Shown here: piece after piece, positions 1 through 10,192 of the stretch
Layout of the letters: every line of letters starts with the position of its first letter
Position numbering within the stretch: position 1 is the first letter of the stretch
Assembly (NCBI GenBank): GCA_037441285.1
Contig: JBBISL010000006.1
Coordinates: 1 to 64,000 of the forward strand
Length of the DNA: 64,000 bases
Direction: 5' to 3'
Source of the DNA: a candidate division WOR-3 bacterium
GTDB taxonomy: Bacteria > Hydrothermota > Tepidihabitantia > Tepidihabitantales > Tepidihabitantaceae
Program-made: the position numbers and the translations under genes
Notes under the pieces: model-generated
Databases searched by the model: none
The model's input: the letters and a program-made list of their open reading frames with translations, nothing else
Told to the model about the DNA's origin: nothing

Positions 1-44
1 AAGTCCGCTACATAGAGCAGTAGTTTAAGAGAATAATGGAATGA
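1..44 (+). pseudogene. Probable 3' end of a Type III RM Mod subunit gene, truncated by the window edge and containing an internal TAG
   Basis: Frame 3 reads VRYIEQ*FKRIME*. Its TGA (42-44) overlaps ATG 41 of the res gene (ATGA coupling). Identity is inferred from position before res. Confidence 0.35.
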
Positions 45-3000
45 AGCATTTGAAATAGAAAAATACCTTGTCCTTAATAAATATCTGCTTTCGCTTTTCG
101 GGGTAGGCGATATTAAAGATTTACTTAATGAATTAAAGAACAAAAAAGAAGGGGTGGATTCTGACGGGAGAAGTTATTTTTTAAACACTCTGATGGGCAT
201 TGAGAATATAAAAATACCAAAAGATGACCTCCGGCGCTACGATGCGAATATTTTAAGTTATGTGCGAGAAATCAACTCCCGGCGTGAGCCGATAACTCTG
301 AAATATTTCCAGTATCTTGCCGTGCTTTTTGCCGAGATTGTTTTAGACAACCTGAAGAATAGAAAGGATGAATTTCTATCTGACCTGAATGAGTTTTTAA
401 AAAAAGTTTATAATAAACAAAAGCAGGATATCAGAATCTTAGACCAGTTTAATGAGGACGATTTGAGAAAACTTGCCTTCTGGATGGCGACCGGCGCAGG
501 CAAGACTCTCATAATGCATATAAACTATCATCAGTTTTTCCAATACCGGCTATTTTCCCCTGACAATATTATTCTCATCACGCCCAATGAGGGACTTTCC
601 CGGCAGCACTTTGACGAGTTACAAAAAAGCGGTATCTCATCAAGACTTTATACTGGAACATTGACTGGCGGGTTAAGAGAGGAAAATGAAATTTTGGTTA
701 TTGAGATGACCAAATTTGTTGAGGAGAAAAAGGGCGGTGGCGTAACATTGCCGGTTGATGTTTTCGAAGGAAGAAATCTTGTTTTTGTTGATGAGGGGCA
801 TAAGGGCAAAAGGTCCGAAGAGCAAAAATGGGCAAGGTTGAGAAATGAACTTGCCCAGAACGGCTTTGTTTTTGAGTATAGCGCCACCTTTGGGCAGATT
901 TTGAGTGAACAAAATCAGGAGACGCTTAAAGAGTATGCTAAATCAATTGTCTTTGATTATTCCTATAAGTACTTCTATCTTGATGGCTATGGGAAAAACT
1001 TCTCTGTCTTGAATGTAAGACACCCCGTCCCTTCGGAACGCCCCTCTAAGAGAGGGGAATGGGAGCAAAAATTTCAGGAGGGGATGTTTGTCGCTAATCT
1101 TCTGTCTTTCTATGAGCAAATCCTGATATATGAAGAGAATAAAGCGTTAATTAGGGAGTATAACCTTGAAAAGCCACTTTGGATTTTTGTTGGCACGACC
1201 GTTACCGGCAAAGAAGAGGAGTCCGATGTCATTCAGATTGTAGAGTTTATTAGAAGGGTAATTCAGGATGAAAACTGGGTAAGAAACTGGGTGAACAAGA
1301 TTCTGAATGGCGAAGCAATATTTAGAAATGAAGAAGGGAAGGATGTCTTCCAGGATAGGTTTCAGTACCTCAGGGGGCGCGGTATTGACTTTGACGACCT
1401 TTATCGCAAGGTCTTTGGCGGGCGGGGTGGATTTGGGTTATATGAGTTGAAAAAGGCGGAAGGCGAGTTGGGGTTAAAGGTGGGCGAGAATAAATATTTT
1501 GGGGTTATAAATATCGGTGATGTTTCCGGGTTCAAAAGACAACTGGAAGGAAAGGAAATTTCTGTGGGGCAAGATGCAATCTCTGATTCGCTTTTTGATG
1601 ACATAAAAAAAGAAGATTCCCAAATCAACCTTCTCATCGGTGCCAAGAAGTTTATTGAAGGCTGGGATACCTGGCGCGTCTCTTCAATGGGGCTTTTGAA
1701 TATTGGCACCGGACAGGGTCCGCAAATCATTCAGTTGTTTGGTAGAGGGGTAAGGCTCAAGGGTAAAGGGATGTCCCTGAAAAGGAGTGGCGAGAATGCA
1801 CCGGTTCAAATCTTAGAGACGCTCAATATTTATGGAATAAAGGCTGACTATCTTGACAGGTTCTTAGCGGCAATCAGCAAGGAAGAGGTGGAGTTTGAGA
1901 CGATTGAAATACCGATAAAACCGCAGCATCAGGATAAATGGGAGTCGCTTTATACCCTTTCAAAACCTGAGAAGAGGTTTGAGGAAGAAGAAGTTTTAAG
2001 GTTAGAGATTGACGAGAAGATTTATTATACAATTGACCTCTTGCCCCGGGTGTCAATATATCGGGCAGAAGAGAATAGGGAGGAGGGAATAAGAGCCGAA
2101 GAGGTAAGGCAAGAAGTTGAAGAAAGGAACTTTAGTCCCGAACAGATTGATTTGGTTGACTGGCAAAGGATTTTGCAGGAGACCGTTGAATTTAAGGCAC
2201 AGAGAAACTATTGGAATTTAGTTTTTGATGGCGACGACATTAAGAATATTCTTTTGTGTGCTAAATACAAAATCTTGGCACCTCCCGATGTTTTTGAAGT
2301 CAAAGATGAAAGAGATATAAAGCGGCTTGAGGATATTGCGCTCCTTGTGATTAAAAAATACCTGGATTTATTTTACCGGAAAAATGCCCGGCGCTTTGAG
2401 TCGGAAAATTTAAAGCCGGAAAAGGGTGTACAACTGCCTTTACCTTTTGTTTCGGACAGAAGCCAGGGTTACATAGTGCAGATAGATAGGAGAAAAGCAA
2501 AACTCCTCAAAGAGATAAGGAATTTAAGAAATGATTTAAATAAACTTTTACAAGATGACCAGAAAACTTTGCCCCGTGTTTACTTTGACGGTTCTCTCTA
2601 TGTGCCGATACTCCTGCAAAGTAAAGAAATAGATAAAATCACGCCGGCGGGGCTGGTGGAAAGTGAAAAGGATTTTGTTAGTGGGTTAAAAAGTTATCTA
2701 CAAAAGAATAACGACCAATTAGAAGGAGTTGAGGTATATCTCTTAAGGAATTATCCCTTTTCCGGAGTCGGCTTTCAACTGCAATGGGCAGGGTTCTATC
2801 CCGATTTTATTATGTGGGTTAAAAAGGGCGCCCAACAAATTATCACATTCATTGACCCAAAGGGGTTAGAGCACACAAAGGGGCTGGATGACGAAAAGAT
2901 ACAGTTTGCGAATGGGGAAATTAAAGAATTAGAGGCAAAACTCCATAATGAAAATATAAAATTGGCATCCTTCATACTTTCTCGCACCTCTTACCAGCAA

Positions 3001-3144
3001 TTAATTATGGGGCTCGCAAAGTATCCTTCAAAAGATGATTATATCCAGAATAATGTGCTATTTTTAGAGGACAAAGAGGGCGACAACTCGTGGCCAAAAT
3101 TACTGATAGAGAAAATCCTGTCTGAATTTTCCGCTATACCTTAA
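41..3144 (+). CDS. Type III restriction enzyme Res subunit (SF2 helicase plus PD-(D/E)xK nuclease); apparent 1-nt frameshift near 56
   Basis: Walker A MATGAGKT, DEGH box, FEYSATF, QLFGRGVR, C-terminal FYPDFIMW..FIDPKG. Coding sense extends upstream of ORF start 154 (EKYLVLNKYLLSLFG), but ATG 41 is in another frame. Confidence 0.88.
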
Positions 3145-3345
3145 AACTCCCCGCCAACATTTTAACGCCTGACAATAATCAAACCGCTACTTAACCCATT
3201 CCCGAACTCACCGCCCGCTCCGAAATCATCGAAAAAATCATTTATTCCCCGCCGCAAACTTGACAGAAAATTTACCGTGGTTAAATTGAGTTGATTGAAA
3301 CGGCAAACCGGCGGCTTTGAGTATGCTAAACTCTTAAGGTGATGT

Positions 3346-4644
3346 ATGAAGACCTGGCACAGGATAATCATCGGTGATGCAAGGTGGATGAAGGAGGTCA
3401 AAGATGAATCGGTCCATCTTGTCATCACCTCACCACCATACTGGCAATTGAAGGATTATGGCAATGGCAAGCAGATAGGGTTCAATGACAGTTATGAGGA
3501 GTATATCAATAACCTTAATCTGGTCTGGAATGAATGCCATCGGGTTTTACATAAAGGCTGCCGGTTGTGTATTAATATCGGCGACCAGTTCGCCCGTTCG
3601 GTCTATTACGGCAGATATAAAGTCATCCCGATAAGAACCGAAATCATCAAGTTCTGCGAGAGCGCCGGTTTTGATTATATGGGAGCAATCATCTGGCAGA
3701 AGGTTACCACCTGCCACACAACCGGCGGTGCAACGGTGATGGGTTCTTACCCGTATCCCAGAAATGGCATTATTAAACTGGACTACGAGTTTATCCTGAT
3801 TTTTAAAAAATACGGGAATCCGCCCAAGGTCAGTAAGGAGATAAAGGAAAGGTCAAGGTTGACAGAAGAAGAATGGAGCCGCTATTTTGCCGGGCACTGG
3901 AAATTTTCCGGTGAAAGGCAGGACAAACACCTCGCGATGTTTCCGGAAGAGTTGCCCAAACGGCTAATTAAGATGTTCAGTTTCGTGGGAGATACGGTTC
4001 TTGACCCATTTCTTGGTAGCGGGACGACATCTTTAGCGGCAAAGAATCTAAACCGGAATTCTATTGGATATGAAATAAACGAGAACTTCCTTCCGGTCAT
4101 AAAAGAAAAACTTGAATTAAATGATAGGACGATATTTCCGGATGCAACCTTTGAGATAATCAAACAGGATGAACCAAAAATAGATTTCAAAGAGGAGATT
4201 AAAAAGTTGCCTTACATCTTTAAGGACCCGATAAGATTTGATAAAAAGGTTGACCCGAAGAAATTAAGGTTCGGCTCAAAGATTGATAACTCCTTTTACG
4301 GACGCGATACATATTATACAGTAAAGGAGATAATCTCGCCGGAGATATTGGTTTTAAACAATGGATTAAAAATCAGGCTGCTGGGTGTTAAGGAGAATCC
4401 AGCAAAAAATGGCGCAGCCGTCAGGTATTTAAGCGAGAAAACAAAGGGGCAAAAGGTGTTTATGAAGTTTGACAACATAAAGTACGACGCGGATAATAAC
4501 CTGCTTTGTTATCTCTATTTGTGGAATAAGACTTTTATAAATGCCCATTTGATTAAAAAGGGTCTGGTTGATGTGGATGCTACATTTGATTATAAATACA
4601 AATTTAAATTTTTAGGCTTACAAAGAGAAAGGGAATTACCATAA
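3346..4644 (+). CDS. Beta-class N4/N6 DNA methyltransferase fused to a C-terminal SNase (thermonuclease)-like domain
   Basis: TSPPY precedes VLDPFLGSGTT. C-terminal VKEIISPE..KIRLLGV..KYD..NLLCYLY..INAHLIKKGL resembles the SNase OB-fold. Confidence 0.85.
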   Translation: MKTWHRIIIGDARWMKEVKDESVHLVITSPPYWQLKDYGNGKQIGFNDSYEEYINNLNLVWNECHRVLHKGCRLCINIGDQFARSVYYGRYKVIPIRTEIIKFCESAGFDYMGAIIWQKVTTCHTTGGATVMGSYPYPRNGIIKLDYEFILIFKKYGNPPKVSKEIKERSRLTEEEWSRYFAGHWKFSGERQDKHLAMFPEELPKRLIKMFSFVGDTVLDPFLGSGTTSLAAKNLNRNSIGYEINENFLPVIKEKLELNDRTIFPDATFEIIKQDEPKIDFKEEIKKLPYIFKDPIRFDKKVDPKKLRFGSKIDNSFYGRDTYYTVKEIISPEILVLNNGLKIRLLGVKENPAKNGAAVRYLSEKTKGQKVFMKFDNIKYDADNNLLCYLYLWNKTFINAHLIKKGLVDVDATFDYKYKFKFLGLQRERELP

Positions 4645-6068
4645 TGAGAGGTAGAAGAAATATGTTATATGGTAATCAACAAAAAACGCTCTTTGGAATA
4701 AAAAATCCCGAGCAAGAATATTTAGAACTTATCAACAAAGAGTACTTTTTCCAAGACGCTGTCCAAGTTTTAGATAAAATTGACTGGGATTTTAAAGATT
4801 TTACAACCCAATATCTTACCCATACCTTTCATTCTTATCCCGCAAGGTTTATCCCTCAAATACCCCTATCTTTCATTAAATTATTTACGAAAGAAAAGGA
4901 AACCGTTTTAGACCCAATGTGCGGTTGTGGAACAACATTAGTGGAGGCTTTTTTAAATAACCGGAACTCCATCGGCAACGACTTTAATCCACTTGCAACC
5001 CTAATAACGAAAGTAAAAACAACTCTGATTGATGAGAATGAATTTAGATATTTTAATAAAAAGTTAGCAGTAATGAAGCGATACTTAGATTTAGATTATA
5101 GGAGAGTAGATGAAAGAATCAATAACTTACCCAACAGGAAAGTTAGCAAAATCTTCAATAGGGTTGTAATCTCAAAATTAGAGAGTATCCGTGAAACTCT
5201 GTTAGAGGTAAGACAAGAAGGACATAATGATTTATTTGATTTTGGAAGGGTCGCTTTATCATCAACAATTTGGTCTTTGGTAGAAAATGGTAATGGAATT
5301 GATGTTGATGATATGTTTCTGAAAAAAGTAAAATCTATGCAAAATGACCTAAATGAGACGGCTAAAATTATAAAAACTATCCCTGATGTAAAAGTAATTT
5401 GTGGTGATGCAAGAAAATTGGAAGTCAATACTAACTCAATAGACTTAATAGTGACTTCTCCACCTTATGTAAACGCATTGGATTATTATAGGGCACACAT
5501 GTACAACATGCTTTGGCTTGGAATGGATTTTGATTTATTTAGAAAACATGAGATAGGGGGACATTCTCATTTCATTGTTAATAGATTTAGACTTCTTTCA
5601 GAATATTTAGGGGACATGCTTCGTTCAATGATTGAGATGAATAGAGTTTTGAAGAAAAATAAACTATGCGTAATTGTAGTGGGGAACTCCAGTTTGGAAT
5701 ATGAACTGATTGAAAGTCATAAATTTTTTGCCGAGATGGGTAAAAAAATAGGATTTAAACCAATAAAAACGATTTTTAGGAATATTGATAAAACAAGGAA
5801 ATATACAAGTGCAGATATAGGAAAAATTGACGATGAGTATATAGTTGTAATGCAAAAAGTAGATGATACCAATGTTTCTGCAGAGGATGATAACTATGTT
5901 TCCGATGTTGTAAGAGAGCAGATGATAAGATTTAGGGAGCAAATAAAGAAATGTCAGGGCACTTCTATTAGGGGGAGGAAACCCACAAACGAGAGATTAT
6001 TAAAGAATGTTGATAAGATTAATGAGGCAATAGAAACGATTTCTGAAGATATAAAGATAAAGAGGTAA
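4644..6068 (+). CDS. Alpha-class amino DNA methyltransferase (probably N4-cytosine)
   Basis: HSYPARF, then VLDPMCGCGTT before LIVTSPPY; very AT-rich; start overlaps the previous stop (TAATG). Confidence 0.85.
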   Translation: MRGRRNMLYGNQQKTLFGIKNPEQEYLELINKEYFFQDAVQVLDKIDWDFKDFTTQYLTHTFHSYPARFIPQIPLSFIKLFTKEKETVLDPMCGCGTTLVEAFLNNRNSIGNDFNPLATLITKVKTTLIDENEFRYFNKKLAVMKRYLDLDYRRVDERINNLPNRKVSKIFNRVVISKLESIRETLLEVRQEGHNDLFDFGRVALSSTIWSLVENGNGIDVDDMFLKKVKSMQNDLNETAKIIKTIPDVKVICGDARKLEVNTNSIDLIVTSPPYVNALDYYRAHMYNMLWLGMDFDLFRKHEIGGHSHFIVNRFRLLSEYLGDMLRSMIEMNRVLKKNKLCVIVVGNSSLEYELIESHKFFAEMGKKIGFKPIKTIFRNIDKTRKYTSADIGKIDDEYIVVMQKVDDTNVSAEDDNYVSDVVREQMIRFREQIKKCQGTSIRGRKPTNERLLKNVDKINEAIETISEDIKIKR

Positions 6069-6072
6069 GATT

Positions 6073-7047
6073 ATGAAAGAATTTATTAGCAAAATAGTAT
6101 ACTCAATTCTTACAGGACAAGATTACAGAACCTATGTTTTGGCTACGATAAACAAAAGGTTCATTGACAAAGCACAAGAGCTGATTTCTGAAGTTTTTGA
6201 ATACAAACAAAGAGGCGATAATTGGCTTGAAAAACTTTTAGACGACACCTCCCAAAAAATAGGAAAAGAAAATAAATTTAAACTTCTGTGGTATGGCGGT
6301 CTAAATGATAAAACTGTAAAAAATATGACAGGAGGAACATCTGCAAAGGAAGTATGTCTGGATTTAGGTAAAAAGAATATAAAAGCCTTAAAACTACTAT
6401 TAGAGGAGTTTGAGAGTTTTGAGGAGCTATACCAGATTAAAATAATAATCAAAAAAGATGATGTGCAGGTTGAGTTGGACAATGTTGAAAGTTTATTTTT
6501 CGTTAACATTATCTCAGCGATGAAACTAACAGTTCAAGGTGGGGCTTGGAGTGAGGTGGGAAAGAAGACTGAAAAAGGTTTACTCTTGGTGATATTTAGG
6601 CTGTTAAAAATTCCAGATGATAACTACATTTTAACAACAGAGGAAATGAAGAAAAAAGGGTTAGTTAAAAACAGAGAAATAGATGCTATAGTTTTCAGTA
6701 AGGACAAAGAGCCCCTAACCGTTGAGTTAAAATTGCTTGGGATTGGAAATCCAGAAATAGGTGATGAGGCACTTGCCAGGAAAGTAAGTCTATTTCTGAT
6801 AGACAGATTAACAGAGATGATGAAGGAAGAATCTGAGAAAATAGGGGTTAAAGTAATTGAGTTCAGGCAAGAAAATCCTCTGTTAAAGATTTACAAGTTT
6901 TTCAAGTCAAAAAAGGTATATTGCAGCCAACCTGAAAAAATGACACCCAAAGAATTGGAAGACAAGATAAATGAAATAATAACGGAATGGAGGGAAGAAC
7001 AAGAAGATTTGACCGTCATTAAAAAACTAAAAGATTGGACAAAATGA
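6073..7047 (+). CDS. CfrBI-family Type II restriction endonuclease
   Basis: Motifs GLNDKTVKNM, GGAWSEVGKKTEK, REIDA, VELKLLGIGNPE; directly follows a methyltransferase. Confidence 0.65.
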   Translation: MKEFISKIVYSILTGQDYRTYVLATINKRFIDKAQELISEVFEYKQRGDNWLEKLLDDTSQKIGKENKFKLLWYGGLNDKTVKNMTGGTSAKEVCLDLGKKNIKALKLLLEEFESFEELYQIKIIIKKDDVQVELDNVESLFFVNIISAMKLTVQGGAWSEVGKKTEKGLLLVIFRLLKIPDDNYILTTEEMKKKGLVKNREIDAIVFSKDKEPLTVELKLLGIGNPEIGDEALARKVSLFLIDRLTEMMKEESEKIGVKVIEFRQENPLLKIYKFFKSKKVYCSQPEKMTPKELEDKINEIITEWREEQEDLTVIKKLKDWTK

Positions 7048-7490
7048 GTGAACTTATTCGGGAGTTTGAAGGAAAGACCCTATCCGAGTGGGAAAGGTGG
7101 TATTTGGAGAAGAAACCTGAGGCAATCAGAAATGCCACAGAAAAGATACTGCAGAAATTGAAGGAACTTAAAAATTCACTGGACCGGATTGACCAGGCAA
7201 TGGTTGAACAATGGGTGCGAGATTTAGTAATTGTGAAAACCTTTGCCGGATTAAGGTTTCAGGAGGCGATACTAAAGAAAGGCGCCGAGTTAAAAGAAAC
7301 GAATTACCGATTTGCAGAACCTGAAGAGGAATCAAAAGGAATAGATGGCTATATCGGGGCTGACCCGGTATCAATAAAACCCGACACCTATGATGTTAAA
7401 GCATCATTACCCGAACACATTGATGTAAAAATCATCTATTACAAAAAGATTGATGATGGGATTGAGGTGGATTATGGAGCAATACTCTAA
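7044..7490 (+). CDS. MjaI-family restriction endonuclease, apparently N-terminally truncated
   Basis: MSELIREFEGKTLSEWERWY, VRDLVIVKTFAG, EESKGIDGYIG..PVSIKP; ATGA overlap with the upstream stop. Confidence 0.65.
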   Translation: MSELIREFEGKTLSEWERWYLEKKPEAIRNATEKILQKLKELKNSLDRIDQAMVEQWVRDLVIVKTFAGLRFQEAILKKGAELKETNYRFAEPEEESKGIDGYIGADPVSIKPDTYDVKASLPEHIDVKIIYYKKIDDGIEVDYGAIL

Positions 7491-7630
7491 CAATCACCCA
7501 ACGCCTCGCCTAACACCGCACAAAAGGTTTGTGCCTTATAGCATTCAACCGAATTCTCTCACTTCGTATAGGGATGTCAAGCACTTGCGGGGCTTCAAAG
7601 GAAAGGGCAAGGATAATGGGGCAAAGAGGG

Positions 7631-8440
7631 ATGACGGATATTAAAATAAGGGATGTTACAGAGGAAAATATCGTGGACCTCTGTCAGGTATGCATTTCAC
7701 CGGCAGCGAGAAATGAGCCAGATTGGGTAAAAGGTGCCGAGGAGAAAAGGAAGTGGGCGGTTGATATGGTGAAGAAATGGGGTTCATTCGCCAAATTGGC
7801 TTACATAGATGGAATTCCCGCCGGGATGATTCAATATAAGCCCGTTCCCGAAGAAAGAATCGTTTACCTCAATTGTATTTTTGTTCCCGAGGATAAATAT
7901 TGGCAAAAGGGAATCGGGACTCAACTCTTGTCCAGCGTGATGGAAGATGTGAAAAGACCGTTAGTTTGGTTTGATAACCAGCCGGCATCAGCACTTGTGA
8001 CAAGGACATTTCCGGGCGGGGCACCCAATCAATTGACCGCGCGGCAGTTTTTCAAAAAGAAAGGGTTCAAGCAGGTGGGTAAAGACCCTGACTATTTATA
8101 CTACCCATTAAAAGAGGGCTTTGTCTATAAACCTAAGGAGAAAAAAGCGGTTGAGTATCTTCCACAAAAGGAAGATAAGGGAAAGGTTTTGATTATTTGC
8201 GGTCCTGATAAATGTCCTGCCACCTACCCCTATTTCTTAAAGCGAATGGAGAAATACATCAGCGAGATAGAGCGAGAGGTTCCTATTGTCTGGATAGACA
8301 CATCTGAACAACCTGAAGAGGTAAAAAGGCGAAATGCCAGCATTGGAGATTGTATTGTCAATGCTAAACTTATAAAATCTTTCGTGCTTGATAAAAGTAA
8401 CTTTCAGAAGGAAGTGAAAGCGGCGCTTAAAGATGGATAA
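7631..8440 (+). CDS. GNAT-family N-acetyltransferase (YoaP-like)
   Basis: Acetyl-CoA motif YWQKGIGTQLL; FFKKKGF. Confidence 0.8.
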   Translation: MTDIKIRDVTEENIVDLCQVCISPAARNEPDWVKGAEEKRKWAVDMVKKWGSFAKLAYIDGIPAGMIQYKPVPEERIVYLNCIFVPEDKYWQKGIGTQLLSSVMEDVKRPLVWFDNQPASALVTRTFPGGAPNQLTARQFFKKKGFKQVGKDPDYLYYPLKEGFVYKPKEKKAVEYLPQKEDKGKVLIICGPDKCPATYPYFLKRMEKYISEIEREVPIVWIDTSEQPEEVKRRNASIGDCIVNAKLIKSFVLDKSNFQKEVKAALKDG

Positions 8441-8592
8441 TTTTTATGATTTTGACCCTTCGCATAGCAGAGTATATCTGGCTCTAATGCTTCGCACCTA
8501 TCACCCAAATTGTTTTTGGCAACCCTTTATTGACAAGGTGTAGGCGAAATGCACAAGCCTTTTATGAAAAATCGCAATGGGAGGTGATGATT

Positions 8593-8940
8593 ATGGCGTT
8601 TAAAGCGCTGTTCCTCGCCCATGCTCCTGATGGCGAGGCTGAGAGGCACAGATGTGTTATTGAAACAGACCGGTACTACAAACTCTTTGTGGTCGTGGTT
8701 AAGGACCAGGGGCAGGCGATTGAGGTTTGCAAGAGGTTGGTTAAAGAGGAGGGTGTTCAGGCAATCCTTCTCTGTCCAGGATTTACCCATCGCGATATTG
8801 CGGCGCTATCAGAAGCGGTTGGTGAGAATGTGGGGATTTTTGTCGCGCGCGGAGATGGTCCGAGTAACAGGATTTCAATGGAAGTGATGACGAGAGAAGG
8901 CTGGTTTTTCAGGAAAGGTGGCGAAAAAAATGAATTATGA
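8593..8940 (+). CDS. DUF6506-like small protein
   Basis: RBS GAGGTGA; MAFKALFLAHAPD...GVQAILLCPGF. Confidence 0.6.
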   Translation: MAFKALFLAHAPDGEAERHRCVIETDRYYKLFVVVVKDQGQAIEVCKRLVKEEGVQAILLCPGFTHRDIAALSEAVGENVGIFVARGDGPSNRISMEVMTREGWFFRKGGEKNEL

Positions 8941-9130
8941 TGGAGAAAAGAAGCGCTATATATCGTTTTGTGGGTCATATTGCCATACTTGTGACTGGTT
9001 TACCGGTAAAATTCGTAAAACATTCCAGAACGCTTTAGACATGGTGGAAGAGTATGGTTTTAAAAACTTCTTGAAGGCAAAATAGATTTGGATAACTTTA
9101 AGTCGGGATTGGAAATCCTTGCAAATTCAC
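8930..9130 (+). pseudogene. Frameshifted, truncated Cys-rich (DUF3795-like) gene
   Basis: MNYDGEKKRYISFCGSYCHTCDW..., continuing after a slip at ~9065 as LLEGKIDLDNFKSGLEILANS, then ending. Confidence 0.5.
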
Positions 9131-9403
9131 TCGGGTAATAAGAAGGGGACTAAAAGTCCTGTCGCGGTAGCAAAGGCTTTGCATCTTTTAGCCCCCAATT
9201 TCTTTCCTTTGTGGGACGATAGGATTGCACGCGCTTATGGGTGTTACTATAATCAACATCCTGCCGAAAAATATGTTTCATTCTGTAAAACTACAAAAAA
9301 CATAGCAAACAAGGTCAAAAATTACATTAGTCAATCAGATAAAACACTCATCAAATTGATCGATGAATATAACTATTCAAAATATACCAGGGGATGGATT
9401 TAA
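9119..9403 (+). pseudogene. 3' remnant of a hypothetical gene
   Basis: KSPVAVAKALHLLAPNFFPLWDDRIARAY reads like a C-terminal half; no RBS or credible start. Confidence 0.45.
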
Positions 9404-9489
9404 AATAACCAACCAACAAAATATTCCGCCATTATCGTATAACCCGTGCCCTTATTTGCCATTAACCCATTTCCGCATAGAATACAATA

Positions 9490-10179
9490 GTGCAATGTGA
9501 GGAAATCGTAAAGCGGTTGCGGGCGCTGGGCAATCCTCGAGCGGTTGCCGGAATGGCAGAATACGGGATTGCAACAAAGAGCGCTTACGGGGTATCAATT
9601 CCCGATTTGAGAAAACTGGCGAAGGAAATTGGCAAGAACCATAAACTGGCGCAGGCGTTGTGGAAAATAGATAACCGGGAAACCCGCATTCTTGCCGGTA
9701 TGATTGATGAGCCCGAACTGGTAAGTGAAAGCCAGATGGCGAACTGGGTTAAGGATTTTGCCGACTGGGAGGTTTGTGACCAGGTGTGCCAGAATCTTTT
9801 TGTCAATACCAGGTTTGCCTATCAGAAGGCGCTGGAGTGGAGCCGGCGCGACGAGGAGTTTGTCAAAAGGGCAGGGTTTGCCCTGATGGCATGGCTGGCA
9901 TTCAAGGATAAAGCAGCAAGGGATGAGGAGTTTGAGCGGTTTCTGCCGGCTATCAAAAGAGAGGCAACGGATAATAGAAATTTTGTGAAGAAGGCGGTTA
10001 ACTGGGCGTTGCGTCAGATTGGCAAGAGAAATGTTTACCTGAATGAGAAGGCGCTTGAGACGGCAAGAGCGATTGCCGGGCTGGACGCTAAAAGTGCTCA
10101 ATGGATTGCCTGGGACGCAATTAAGGAGCTAACAAGCAGCGCCGTGCAGAAACGGCTGAAAAGGCAGGTGGGTGGTTAA
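9490..10179 (+). CDS. DNA alkylation repair protein (AlkD-like HEAT repeat)
   Basis: WEVCDQ, EEFVKRAGF, DNRNFVKKAVNWALRQIGKRN. Confidence 0.85.
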   Translation: MQCEEIVKRLRALGNPRAVAGMAEYGIATKSAYGVSIPDLRKLAKEIGKNHKLAQALWKIDNRETRILAGMIDEPELVSESQMANWVKDFADWEVCDQVCQNLFVNTRFAYQKALEWSRRDEEFVKRAGFALMAWLAFKDKAARDEEFERFLPAIKREATDNRNFVKKAVNWALRQIGKRNVYLNEKALETARAIAGLDAKSAQWIAWDAIKELTSSAVQKRLKRQVGG

Positions 10180-10192
10180 TTACGGAGGAGAT

